Assembly: GCA_001784585.1 (NCBI GenBank) | Contig: MFRN01000043.1 | Location: forward strand, 80,966 to 144,965 | Reading direction: 5' to 3' | DNA length: 64,000 bases | From: Candidatus Melainabacteria bacterium RIFCSPLOWO2_02_FULL_35_15 | GTDB lineage: Bacteria > Cyanobacteriota > Vampirovibrionia > 2-02-FULL-35-15 | Shown: positions 52,356-62,288 of the stretch, in pieces | Layout of the letters: every line of letters begins with the position of its first letter | Position numbering within the stretch: position 1 is the first letter of the stretch | The notes under the pieces: generated by a model | What the model saw: the letters and a program-made list of their open reading frames with translations, nothing else | Told to the model about the DNA's origin: nothing | The model's database searches: none | Program-made: the position numbers and the translations under genes

Positions 52356-54176
52356 ATGATACCAAAGAACATACCGAATCTTTTTATAGAACAGGCCAAT
52401 AAGTACAGTGAAAAAACAGCAGTTGAGTACAGATTAAGGCGTAATCAGCCATATAAAAGTATTTCCTGGACACATTTAAGTACTATCGTGCAGGAGGTAG
52501 CATATGGGTTAATTGAGCTTGGAGTTAAAAAAGGTGACAATGTTGCGATTTTATCCGGCACAAGATATGAATGGTCTGTTTTTGATTTAGCACTTTTGTC
52601 TATTGGTGCTGTTGTTGTACCTATATATCCCAGCTTACCTGAGCACAGTGTAAATTATATTTTAAATGATTCAATGAGTAAGATTATAATCCTCGAAGAC
52701 AAAGGACAGCTTCAAAAAATCAGATCACAGTGGGATAGTGTACCACAAGTTCGATATGCAATTGTAATTGAAGATCTTGGAGATCTGCCTCAATATGATC
52801 CCAGAATAATAAGTTTTAAAAATTTAAAAGACAAGGGCAAATTAAATTTTGCAGGTGATCCGGATTTGTTTGAAAGGCATCTTGCTGATATACGTGAAAA
52901 CGATCTCGCTTCAATAATTTATACATCCGGTACTACAGGCCCGCCAAAAGGAGTAATGCTTACCCATAAAAATATTTTAAGTGTTATATCTGTTCTTCCT
53001 GAGGTGTTGCCTATGAAACCATCTGACAAGTTTCTTTCTTTTTTACCTCTTTCTCATGTTTTTGAGAGAGTAGGAGGCCTTCATTATGCTGTTTCAACAG
53101 CTGTTACCATCTGTTACTGCTCAAGTATTGATCAAATAGGACCTGCTCTTAAAGATTCCGGTGCAACAATAATGTTAGTCGTTCCGAGGATACTTGAAAA
53201 AATCATAACAAAAATAAACCATGAACTTGAAGCTCTGCCTCCTTTTAAAAAAAATCTGTTTGCCCAGGCAATATCCTGCGGCAGGAAATTATTAGAGTTA
53301 AAAGAAAATAAAAAAAAATGTACATTTGATTTTTTCATTAATTCAGTTAAATATTTTTTTGCTGACAAATTTGTTTTTTCTTCAGTTCGTAAAAAGCTTG
53401 CACCAGAATTAAAACGTTTTGTATCTGGCGGTGCACCCCTTGCAAAAGAAATTGCAGAGTTTTTTTGTATTATTGGAATACCGGTACTTGAAGGTTATGG
53501 TTTAACTGAGACCAGTGCTCCTGCTACAGTAAACACTTTAAAACAAATGAAAATTGGCACTGTCGGAAAACCACTGCCAAATGTACAAATTAAAATTGCT
53601 GATGATGGTGAAATATTAATTAAGGGTCCAAATGTGTTTTGTGGTTATTACAAGGATGAAAAGGCAACAAAAGACTCTTTTGCAGACAACTGGTTTCTTA
53701 CCGGTGATATAGGAAGTATTGACAATGATGGATTTTTAAAAATTACAGGAAGAAAGAAAGATATAATTGTAAACTCTGCCGGAAAAAATATTGCTCCTCA
53801 AAATATTGAAAATGCCATAAGAAACTCACCATACATTAGCAATGTGGTAGTAATAGGAGACAAGAAAAAATATTTATCGGCACTGGTAACCCTGGAGCCA
53901 TCTTCAATATTAAATTACGCAAAGGAGTATAATTTATTTTTGGATAATGGAATGGAGAGCTTGGCAAAAGAGCCAAATGTTATTAAGTTAATAGATAAAG
54001 AAATTAAAATCAGAACTGCGGAATTTGCTGATTATGAACAAATCAGAAAGTTTACTGTTTTTCCTCAGGATTTTAGTATTGAATCAGGCGAGATTACACC
54101 TACTTTAAAAATCAAAAGAAAATTTATTGAGGAGAAGTATAAAAAAATAATTGATGATATGTATCCGACAGAATAA
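52356..54176 (+). CDS. long-chain fatty acid--CoA ligase (FadD/Aas-like)
   Basis: YTSGTTGPPKG, LPLSHVFER, EGYGLTET, GEILIKG, TGDIG, GRKKD. Confidence 0.93.
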   Translation: MIPKNIPNLFIEQANKYSEKTAVEYRLRRNQPYKSISWTHLSTIVQEVAYGLIELGVKKGDNVAILSGTRYEWSVFDLALLSIGAVVVPIYPSLPEHSVNYILNDSMSKIIILEDKGQLQKIRSQWDSVPQVRYAIVIEDLGDLPQYDPRIISFKNLKDKGKLNFAGDPDLFERHLADIRENDLASIIYTSGTTGPPKGVMLTHKNILSVISVLPEVLPMKPSDKFLSFLPLSHVFERVGGLHYAVSTAVTICYCSSIDQIGPALKDSGATIMLVVPRILEKIITKINHELEALPPFKKNLFAQAISCGRKLLELKENKKKCTFDFFINSVKYFFADKFVFSSVRKKLAPELKRFVSGGAPLAKEIAEFFCIIGIPVLEGYGLTETSAPATVNTLKQMKIGTVGKPLPNVQIKIADDGEILIKGPNVFCGYYKDEKATKDSFADNWFLTGDIGSIDNDGFLKITGRKKDIIVNSAGKNIAPQNIENAIRNSPYISNVVVIGDKKKYLSALVTLEPSSILNYAKEYNLFLDNGMESLAKEPNVIKLIDKEIKIRTAEFADYEQIRKFTVFPQDFSIESGEITPTLKIKRKFIEEKYKKIIDDMYPTE

Positions 54177-55572
54177 GTTACAGACGCCTCGCCGGGGCGT
54201 CTGTACAAAGTGGAAAGCAGTTTGCCTCATGTTTCCTTGTTTCCTTGTTTCCTTGTTTCTTTGCTTCTCTGCCTCTTTTGCCCAAGAGAATTATCCGGTT
54301 ATAGAAAAAATTGAAAACATTATATTCGGGAAATCATTTCCAAATTTAAAAATCTCAAACAGGATTGGTGCAATTGAAAAAAATGTTTTTGGCAAGACTT
54401 ATCCGAATGATTCCTTGGATATAAGAACTAAACGCTTAAAAACCAATGTTCTTGGCATCTCTGATAATTTGCCGAATGAGAACAGTGAGACTGTTGAAAC
54501 ACCGTTAAATACAAATCAAGAGTTTCAGGACAATAATAATTATGAAAATTTGCAAACAGCAGAAATAAACAGTGAAAAATTCCAGGATATTCTCTATGAG
54601 TTTATAAATGAAGAGAGAAGTTTTAAGGGCTTGCTTCCGCTTGTAAAAGATGAAACAGCTCTTAGTGTTGCTTTTGAACAGGCAAAAGAAATATTAGCTA
54701 AAGGATATGTTTCATATAAAAATTTAAAAAACCAGTATCCGGACGAAAGATATACTCTCTCTGGCGGTACCGGTGCCATAATAGAAGTTATAAAAGGTTT
54801 TGAAAATGACTCAAATAAAAAACAGATTAAACTGACAGAACTTTTAGCTAAACAACTGGTACAGGCTATAGAAGCAAATCCGGATGATGCTCAGATTTTA
54901 TATAGTCCTTATATAAATCATTTTGGACTTGGATTTGCTCTGTCGAAAGACAAGAAAAAATTTGTTTCTGTAGTTGAGTTTGTAACAAAGGGAGGAGAAT
55001 TCGAACCTGTTAAACCACAAATAAGTCTTAATGAAAAATTAAAAGTTCTTGGCAAAATTAATCTTCCTTATAAATTTAAAGCAATATCAGTGGCATATTA
55101 TGATTCTGCCAGACTAAATTTTGAAGATGAAAATAATAATCCAGGATATTTTACAAGTGAAAGTCTTAAACCATATTTCCCTCCTCAGGATTATATTGCT
55201 TACAGCAATACTGCAAAAAGTACCTTTATAAAGGTAATAAAAGGAATTGGTGTAATAGGAGCAATAGGAGCAGCACCATTTACAGGCGGTGCCAGTGCCA
55301 TTTTAGCTCCTGCACTTATATCTTCAATTCAAAATGCTCCCCCGAGAGAAATACCTTTAAGAGGCGGGATAAAAGTTAATAAAAAAGGGGAATTTTCGGG
55401 AGAAATTGAATTAAATTATGAAGGGAGGGGAGGACTTTATTATGTTAGTGTTTTAGCTGAACTGCCCGGAGTTAATTTCCCGATTGTAATAAGCAGGAGA
55501 ACAGTCAGGGTTAATGGCTTTTTGCCAGCAGCAGGAAAAACTATACATGCAAATCAATCAAGAACAATTTAA
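54154..55572 (+). CDS. secreted CAP/SCP-like domain protein
   Basis: Signal peptide, IE..IFGK repeats, INEER..KGL.PL, ILYSPY.NHFGLG; start uncertain (54154 or 54229). Confidence 0.6.
   Translation: MICIRQNKLQTPRRGVCTKWKAVCLMFPCFLVSLFLCFSASFAQENYPVIEKIENIIFGKSFPNLKISNRIGAIEKNVFGKTYPNDSLDIRTKRLKTNVLGISDNLPNENSETVETPLNTNQEFQDNNNYENLQTAEINSEKFQDILYEFINEERSFKGLLPLVKDETALSVAFEQAKEILAKGYVSYKNLKNQYPDERYTLSGGTGAIIEVIKGFENDSNKKQIKLTELLAKQLVQAIEANPDDAQILYSPYINHFGLGFALSKDKKKFVSVVEFVTKGGEFEPVKPQISLNEKLKVLGKINLPYKFKAISVAYYDSARLNFEDENNNPGYFTSESLKPYFPPQDYIAYSNTAKSTFIKVIKGIGVIGAIGAAPFTGGASAILAPALISSIQNAPPREIPLRGGIKVNKKGEFSGEIELNYEGRGGLYYVSVLAELPGVNFPIVISRRTVRVNGFLPAAGKTIHANQSRTI
54178..54277 (+). repeat. REP palindrome and octamer tandem repeat in the signal-peptide region
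   Basis: TACAGACGCCTC-GCC-GGGGCGTCTGTA; (TGTTTCCT)x3 TGTTTCTT TGCTTCTC TGCCTCTT. Confidence 0.8.
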
Positions 55573-56677
55573 TGATATTACTCAGGCAGAATATTATATG
55601 CGTGAGTGTTTTGAGCTTGCTAAAAAATCATTAGGCAGGACATCGCCAAATCCAGTTGTTGGAGCAATAATTTTGGATAAAAATGGTTTTCCTTCAGGGA
55701 AAGGCTATCATAAAGCTGCTGGCGCTGAACATGCAGAAGTAATTGCTATTAGAGAAGCCGGGGAAAAAACAAAAGGCGGGACTTTGATCGTTAACCTGGA
55801 GCCCTGCTGTCATGAAGGCAGAACTCCACCCTGCACAGAACTAATAATTCAAAGTCAAATACGTGAGGTGATTTTTAGCTGTCATGATGCAAATCCCCTG
55901 GTGCATAAGAAAGGAGAAGGGATTCTTTTAAAAAATAATATAAAAGTTTATTCATGCGTACTGGAATCTGAAGGTATTGAACTTAATAAATTTTTCTTTA
56001 AATGGGTTAAATCAAAACTTCCATGGGTTACTTTAAAGCAGGCTCAGACACTGGATGGAAAAGTTGCTCTCAGTAATAAACAAAGCAAATGGATTAGTGG
56101 AGAGTTCTCCGGAAAAGAAGTCCATAATCTACGCAATATTTACGATGCTGTTTTAGCAGGAGCAAGAACAGTAGAAATTGATAATCCGGAACTTACCGTG
56201 AGAGGTATTAAAAATTCAAGAAACCCAGCCAGAGTAATTATTGATTTAAATTTGATTACAAAACCTGACTCCAATATTTACAAAAATGACTCGGTTATTT
56301 ATTTGGTGACAAGAGCAGATCACTCCAGGGATAAATTAGATAACTATTTAAGATTAAACAATAACCTGAAATTTATCCAGTTCCCGGAAGTAACCAAAGG
56401 TAAAATTAATTTTAAACATTTGTTTGAAGAGCTCGGAAAAAAAGATATCTTAAGTATTTTAGTAGAAGCAGGGCCTAACCTTGCCGGTGAGCTTATTTCA
56501 GGTGGATTGGTAGATGAATATATTTTGTTTATTGCACCAAAAATATTTGGTGACAGTACAGCTCTTTCCAGCGTACAAATGAAACCACTGGATAATATTG
56601 AAAATTCTTACGAATTCAGGCTATTTGACTACAAATCAATAGGTAATGACCTTATGCTTTCTTTACGACCCAAATAA
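55547..56677 (+). CDS. ribD: bifunctional riboflavin deaminase/reductase
   Basis: TSPNPVVGA, HAE, LEPCCH.GRTPPC, TLDGK, DNPELT.R, VEAG; start uncertain. Confidence 0.95.
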   Translation: MQINQEQFNDITQAEYYMRECFELAKKSLGRTSPNPVVGAIILDKNGFPSGKGYHKAAGAEHAEVIAIREAGEKTKGGTLIVNLEPCCHEGRTPPCTELIIQSQIREVIFSCHDANPLVHKKGEGILLKNNIKVYSCVLESEGIELNKFFFKWVKSKLPWVTLKQAQTLDGKVALSNKQSKWISGEFSGKEVHNLRNIYDAVLAGARTVEIDNPELTVRGIKNSRNPARVIIDLNLITKPDSNIYKNDSVIYLVTRADHSRDKLDNYLRLNNNLKFIQFPEVTKGKINFKHLFEELGKKDILSILVEAGPNLAGELISGGLVDEYILFIAPKIFGDSTALSSVQMKPLDNIENSYEFRLFDYKSIGNDLMLSLRPK

Positions 56678-56778
56678 TAGCTCAGTTACATGTTTTTAAA
56701 TATTTGTGCGGGTCTGGTAATTATGCTTCTATAATTAAACTTAGTTACTTTAGTAGCTTGAACTCAGGAGACGTACAG

Positions 56779-57408
56779 ATGACATTTAAAAATTTTATTC
56801 AATGTTTGTTGGTTTTAAGTTTTACTTTTTTTATCTCACAGAGTGTTTATGCTCAGGCAGCACAACAAAAAGATGCTTCTGTCGTTTCTGTAAATGAGCT
56901 GTCTGATATCCAGGGAGATGAATGGGCATATAAAGCAATACAAGAGCTTGTTGAAAAATATGATGTCCTGGAAGGTTATCCTGATGGTACTTTTAAAGGT
57001 AAAAAACCATCTACCAGATTTGAGCTGGCAGCAGCCGTTTATGATCTGGCTACATATTTTAGCGATCAAGTTGCTTTGGATCGTGATGACTTAGCTAAGC
57101 TTGCAAAGCTTCTGGATGAATTTTCAAGTGACATTAAGGCAATTCAGGGAAGAGTTGAACAACTGGAAACAAAAGTTACTGTAGTTGAAGGCAAGACTAC
57201 TGCCCTGGAAGCTAAGACCATGATATTAGAAGGCCAGGTTGCCCAGCATACAGCAAAACTACAAGAACATGAACAAAGACTTGCTTATGCTGAAAGAAGA
57301 AAAGGATTTATCTTTGAAAGATTAATGAAAGGCATAACAGTTGATGTAAGAGATTTTTCAAGAGGTTTTCTGGCTGCAATTACCTCTCCGTTTACTAAAA
57401 AGCCGTAA
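56779..57408 (+). CDS. SLH-domain coiled-coil protein without a barrel domain
   Basis: SD AGGAG, signal peptide, LSDI...WAY.AIQ.LVEKY...GYPDGTF...TRFE, then coiled coil. Confidence 0.85.
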   Translation: MTFKNFIQCLLVLSFTFFISQSVYAQAAQQKDASVVSVNELSDIQGDEWAYKAIQELVEKYDVLEGYPDGTFKGKKPSTRFELAAAVYDLATYFSDQVALDRDDLAKLAKLLDEFSSDIKAIQGRVEQLETKVTVVEGKTTALEAKTMILEGQVAQHTAKLQEHEQRLAYAERRKGFIFERLMKGITVDVRDFSRGFLAAITSPFTKKP

Positions 57409-57447
57409 CTCATTTCAAAGAATTAATAAAAAAATCTTCCTTAATTA

Positions 57448-58203
57448 ATGGAAAAATATCATATAGTTCAAATCTCAGATACCCATCTTTTTGGGGATAA
57501 AAATCAGAAAATTAATGGTTCAAATTCATATCAGAACTTAAAAAATGTTATAAATCATTTAATTTCTCTGGAGAAAAACCCGGATTTAATTGTAGTAAGT
57601 GGAGATCTTTCACAGGACTGTACTTTTGAATCTTATCAGCATCTGGCAAATCTGCTTAACAGATGCAAAATTAAATATTATTTTTTCCCGGGAAACCATG
57701 ATGATGTTAATGTTATAAATAAAGTTTTTGATATGAACTGGATGCAGGATAAAGCTGATTATTCCTTTGATTTAAATGGATGGTCGGTAAATGTTATAGA
57801 CACATCTGTTTATCCTGAAGTCGGTGGTGAATTATCAGATAAGCAATTAAAAACTCTTGAAGAGAACTTAAAACAAAACAAGAATAAACCAACAATTATT
57901 TTTATGCATCATCATCCTGTCCTGGTTAATAGCAGGTGGCTGGATAAAATGATTTTAAAAAATGCTGATAAGTTCAATGCTGTAATAAAATCAAATCTTC
58001 AGATAAAAGCAGTTTTATTTGGACACATACACCAGGTTTTTGAAAAAGATATTAATGGAATATTTTACGGAAGTGCTCCTGCCTGTTGCTATCAGGTTTT
58101 GCCAAAAACAGAGACCTTTACTATTGAAAAACTTAACGCTGGCTATAGACTGATTGAATTAGATGGGGATAAATTTAGCTCAAGGGTTATTTGGGTGGAT
58201 TAA
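57448..58203 (+). CDS. cpdA: 3',5'-cyclic AMP phosphodiesterase (Icc/CpdA family)
   Basis: SDTH, SGDLS, PGNHD, MHHHP, GHIHQ. Confidence 0.85.
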   Translation: MEKYHIVQISDTHLFGDKNQKINGSNSYQNLKNVINHLISLEKNPDLIVVSGDLSQDCTFESYQHLANLLNRCKIKYYFFPGNHDDVNVINKVFDMNWMQDKADYSFDLNGWSVNVIDTSVYPEVGGELSDKQLKTLEENLKQNKNKPTIIFMHHHPVLVNSRWLDKMILKNADKFNAVIKSNLQIKAVLFGHIHQVFEKDINGIFYGSAPACCYQVLPKTETFTIEKLNAGYRLIELDGDKFSSRVIWVD

Positions 58204-58405
58204 AAAACGACATTAACTTATTTAAAAAACCACTTTTTGGTTTTAAGTGAGATTCTTCTGAAAGCATCTCTCCACAATGATGACAGCTTCCACAAATAAA
58301 TTTTGATTCAATGAGTGTCTGACAGCGAGGGCATTTTTGTTCTACAAACGTCTCGCTGACTTCAAAGCTACAAGTAGGACAGTTAATAGTTTTGCATTTG
58401 CTCAT
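58187..58405 (-). CDS. small Cys-rich metal-binding protein coupled to feoB
   Basis: CPTC, CPRC, CGSCHHC; ATGA overlap with the feoB stop. Confidence 0.65.
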   Translation of the reverse strand: MSKCKTINCPTCSFEVSETFVEQKCPRCQTLIESKFICGSCHHCGEMLSEESHLKPKSGFLNKLMSFFNPPK

Positions 58406-60426
58406 GCACCTAATATTCTAGCAAGAATACTCCCTACACTAATAGCTAAAACCATTGAAGAAAGCCATATTCCGGCAGCAATCTTCCAGTTTTGTTCTTT
58501 AGCCATCACAGCTACAGTAGCAATACATGGAACAAATAGTGTTAAAACTATGCTGGCTACTGTAACCTGAGCTGCTGTCATATGAAGTTCAGTTAAACCA
58601 AATGCCCCGAAATCTCTTCTTACCATTCCTAAAATAAATGATACAGAGACTTCTTCAGGCAGATGTAATAGATTTTTTGATACTGGTCTAAAAATATCAA
58701 TTACCCTGTTTAATAAACCTGTCACCTGCATAAGAGAAACTATAAATGCAGCTATAAAAAAGGCAGGCACTGCTTCAGTCATAAAAAACATTATTTTTGT
58801 TCTTGCTTTGTAAAAAACATTTGAAATTCTTGGAAACCTTAATGGCGGAAGATCTATAAGAAGAGGTGTTGCTTTGCCCGGAAGAAACTTATTCATAATG
58901 AACCCGGTTAAAACTAAAACCATACTTATAATTGAGAGCCAGATTAACCAGAATGCTATTCCACCTGATTTAGCAAGCAAAGACTGGATGACACCCAGCT
59001 GAGCAGAACACGGTATTGCAAAGCCTAAAATAGTTATTGCAATTATTTTTTCTCTTTTTGTCGTTAAGAGTCTGGTGGTAACTGTAGCCATGGTTACGCA
59101 GCCAAGCCCGAGTATTAATGGAATTATGGCGCGACCATTCATTCCGATTCTTGTTAACAAGCCATCTACTAAAACAGCAAGTCGTGGCAAATAACCTGTA
59201 TCTTCTAAAATTGCCAGTGCAGTATAAAATGCAATAACCAGCGGTAATAACAAGCCTAACAGATAGGTAACTGTAAGAGTCAGAACACCGTATTTTCCTG
59301 CAAGTATTGTGCCGACTGCACTTAAAAAATTATTTTTGAGCTGAGAGCTCTGAGGTCGGAGTTCTAAACTCTGCTCTTCTATATAGTCACTTGGTCCAAA
59401 AAAGAACTCTTTCTTTTCTGTCTGATATTGTTTTAATTTATTATATTTTTCTTTTTCAGCCATAAAGCCTTTAGGAAAGCTGTATAGGTTATTATTTGCA
59501 AGAACTTCTACAGGAAAAAATTGCCCGGTAATCTCTCTTACCACAGGTTCATAATAAGCATTCATTATCTTTTTTTCAGTAAAGCTTATTAAATCACTCC
59601 CAATCCAGATTCCAAGAAATTGATATAAAAACAAAAATCCTATAAACAGTGCAATGATCGAACCCCAGACAGGCTCAGTCAGAACATTTGAAATCTTTGT
59701 TAAAAATCTTTCTTTTTTGTTTTTTATGCTGATTACATTTGAAATTATTTCATTTACATTTTTCCGTCTTTGGCTGTAAATCTCATTTCTTTTATTTCTT
59801 GGTTTTATTTTATGTCTTTCTGAAATTACTAAATCTCCTTCCAGAAGTAATAATGCTTCTGCCTGATTTGTTACCTCTGGAAGTAACTCTGTAAGCTCTC
59901 TTTGTAAAACAGGATCCACACTTCCTGTTTTTGCTTTTCCGCTCAGCAATGCATTTTTAACATCTGCCATGCCTTCGCCGGTTGTTGCAACAGTAAAATA
60001 AACAGGAACTTCAAGTATTTCACTTAGCTTTTTAATATTTATTTCCAAACCAATTTCCCTGGCTTCGTCCATTTGATTAACAGCTACAATTAATGGTTTT
60101 CCCATGTCAATTAATTGTTTAGTAAGAAACAAATCTCTCTCAAGGCTTATTGCAGATACTACATTTAATATTTCATCTGAATATAAAATTACATCCCGAG
60201 CTACTTTTTCTTCATCATTAAAGCTGCTAACACCATATATACCCGGAGTGTCTTTTACAATAAAATCTTTGTTTAGTAAAGCAGAAGTTATTTCCACTGT
60301 TGTACCAGGATAATTACTTACATCTACATAAACACTGCTTAGATAATGAAAAAAAACAGACTTACCTACATTTGGATTTCCTACGAGAACTATATGTTTT
60401 TGTGTTGCCTTTGTTAGATCAATCAT
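58402..60426 (-). CDS. feoB: ferrous iron transporter B
   Basis: GNPNVGKS, NYPGTTVE, DTPG, NQMD, LEDTGYLPR, GLGC, IPCSA, VPCIAT. Confidence 0.96.
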   Translation of the reverse strand: MIDLTKATQKHIVLVGNPNVGKSVFFHYLSSVYVDVSNYPGTTVEITSALLNKDFIVKDTPGIYGVSSFNDEEKVARDVILYSDEILNVVSAISLERDLFLTKQLIDMGKPLIVAVNQMDEAREIGLEINIKKLSEILEVPVYFTVATTGEGMADVKNALLSGKAKTGSVDPVLQRELTELLPEVTNQAEALLLLEGDLVISERHKIKPRNKRNEIYSQRRKNVNEIISNVISIKNKKERFLTKISNVLTEPVWGSIIALFIGFLFLYQFLGIWIGSDLISFTEKKIMNAYYEPVVREITGQFFPVEVLANNNLYSFPKGFMAEKEKYNKLKQYQTEKKEFFFGPSDYIEEQSLELRPQSSQLKNNFLSAVGTILAGKYGVLTLTVTYLLGLLLPLVIAFYTALAILEDTGYLPRLAVLVDGLLTRIGMNGRAIIPLILGLGCVTMATVTTRLLTTKREKIIAITILGFAIPCSAQLGVIQSLLAKSGGIAFWLIWLSIISMVLVLTGFIMNKFLPGKATPLLIDLPPLRFPRISNVFYKARTKIMFFMTEAVPAFFIAAFIVSLMQVTGLLNRVIDIFRPVSKNLLHLPEEVSVSFILGMVRRDFGAFGLTELHMTAAQVTVASIVLTLFVPCIATVAVMAKEQNWKIAAGIWLSSMVLAISVGSILARILGA

Positions 60427-60557
60427 AGTGCATTATTATATCAATTTATCGCCATTTTATTGGTGTTCAGGAATTGTTTGAATAAGATATCATATTAAGA
60501 TGTCAAAGTTTTATCAGAGGTGCAGGTCTTGAAAAAATTAATAAAATAAATACCGGG

Positions 60558-62279
60558 ATGAGTTTAAAAGCTTTTATGTTTAATGAATTTTTATTTATTT
60601 CCTTGCTTCTGCTTCTCACTTTAGTCCTGGCTGTGCCGCTTGGTGAATACATTGCAAAAGTATTTAATGGCAAAGATACAACTGTCAAATCTTTATTTCA
60701 ATGGCTGGAAAAATTAATTTATAAGATATCTGGCATTGATGAAAATAAAGAAATGTCGTGGAAAACTTATGTGTTTTCTGTTTTAATCTTTAGTATTTTC
60801 AGTATCTTTGGGCTTTTTTTACTGCAGGAACTACAGGGCCATTTACCATTAAATCATGAACACTTTGGCCCTGTAAGATGGGATACTGCTTTAAACACAG
60901 CTATATCTTTTGCCACTAACACAAACTGGCAGTCTTATAGTGGTGAAGAAACAATGAGTTACCTTACGCAGATGCTTGGTCTTGCAGTACAAAATTTTGT
61001 TTCTGCTGCAACTGGGATTGCTGTTTGTATGGCATTTATTCGTGGTTTTACAAGGGCTGCTACAAATACCATTGGAAATTTCTGGGTAGATTTAACACGT
61101 TCAATTGTCTATCTTCTCTTACCATTATCAATAATATTAGCTTTTATTTTTATTTCAGAAGGAATAATTCAGTCGCTTAAACCTTATGTTATTGTACAAA
61201 CTCTTGAAAAAAACAGCCAAATAATACCCCTTGGTCCGGTCGCATCACAGGTTGCAATAAAGTTTTTAGGTACTAACGGCGGTGGTTTTTTTCATGCAAA
61301 CTCAGCTCACCCGTTTGAAAATCCTACTCTAATTACAAATTTTTTTGAAATCCTGGCAATGTTACTTATACCGGTAGCATTGCCATTTGCTTTTGGTGCA
61401 ATGATAAATTCCAGAAAACAAGGATGGTCAATTTTTGCCACAATGGCTATTTTGTTTTTTGTGGAATTTCTTACAGCAACTTGCTTTGAATTAAAAGGAA
61501 ATCCTCTGCTTAAACAGTTAGGCATAGCTGGTGGAACTAATATGGAAGGAAAAGAAGTAAGGTTTGGGATAATTTCTTCAGTTCTTTTTGCCCACAGTAC
61601 TACAGCAACTTCATGCGGAGGAGTATGTAGTATGCATGATAGCTTTACACCTATTCCCGGATTGATTCTTTTATTTAACATGGGAATTGGTGAAGTTATT
61701 TTTGGCGGTGTTGGTGTTGGACTTATTGGGTTACTTATTTATGCAATTCTGACAATGTTTATAGTCGGTCTGATGATAGGAAGAAGCCCGGAGTTTCTGG
61801 GGAAAAAGCTGGAGCCATTTGAAATGTTAATGTCAGTTATCTGCCTTTTATCACCACCCTTGTCGGTACTTATATTTGGAGGAATTGCTATTTCAATTAG
61901 TGCAGGGCTATCAGCATTAAATAATTTTGGACCACATGGTTTATCTGAGATCCTTTATACATTTGCTTCTGCCAGTGGAAATAATGGTTCAGCATTTGGG
62001 GGGGTAAATGCAAACACTTTGTTTTATAATTTTGCAACCTCACTTGCTATGCTTATAGGAAGATTTACCACTCTTATTCCGGCACTTGCAATTGCCGGCT
62101 CACTTTCACAAAAACGTTTTATACCAAAAGGTTCCGCTACATTCACTACCCATGTCCCTATTTTTGTATGGCTATTGGTTGTGGTAGTTATTATTATGGG
62201 AGGATTAACTTATTTCCCGGTTTTGGCATTAGGACCAATACTGGAGCACATGCTAATGCATCTTGGTTCTACTTTTTAA
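60558..62279 (+). CDS. kdpA: K+-transporting ATPase subunit A
   Basis: TNTNWQSY, LGTNGGGFF, EGKEVRFG, GRSPEFLGKK, NNGSAF. Confidence 0.97.
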   Translation: MSLKAFMFNEFLFISLLLLLTLVLAVPLGEYIAKVFNGKDTTVKSLFQWLEKLIYKISGIDENKEMSWKTYVFSVLIFSIFSIFGLFLLQELQGHLPLNHEHFGPVRWDTALNTAISFATNTNWQSYSGEETMSYLTQMLGLAVQNFVSAATGIAVCMAFIRGFTRAATNTIGNFWVDLTRSIVYLLLPLSIILAFIFISEGIIQSLKPYVIVQTLEKNSQIIPLGPVASQVAIKFLGTNGGGFFHANSAHPFENPTLITNFFEILAMLLIPVALPFAFGAMINSRKQGWSIFATMAILFFVEFLTATCFELKGNPLLKQLGIAGGTNMEGKEVRFGIISSVLFAHSTTATSCGGVCSMHDSFTPIPGLILLFNMGIGEVIFGGVGVGLIGLLIYAILTMFIVGLMIGRSPEFLGKKLEPFEMLMSVICLLSPPLSVLIFGGIAISISAGLSALNNFGPHGLSEILYTFASASGNNGSAFGGVNANTLFYNFATSLAMLIGRFTTLIPALAIAGSLSQKRFIPKGSATFTTHVPIFVWLLVVVVIIMGGLTYFPVLALGPILEHMLMHLGSTF

Positions 62280-62288
62280 AAGAAATTT

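Noticed and set aside
60427..60557. kdpF mini-gene or Fur box between feoB and kdpA
   Set aside because: No hydrophobic ~30-aa ORF; the AT-rich near-palindrome AATAAGATATCATATT is too weak in this base composition.
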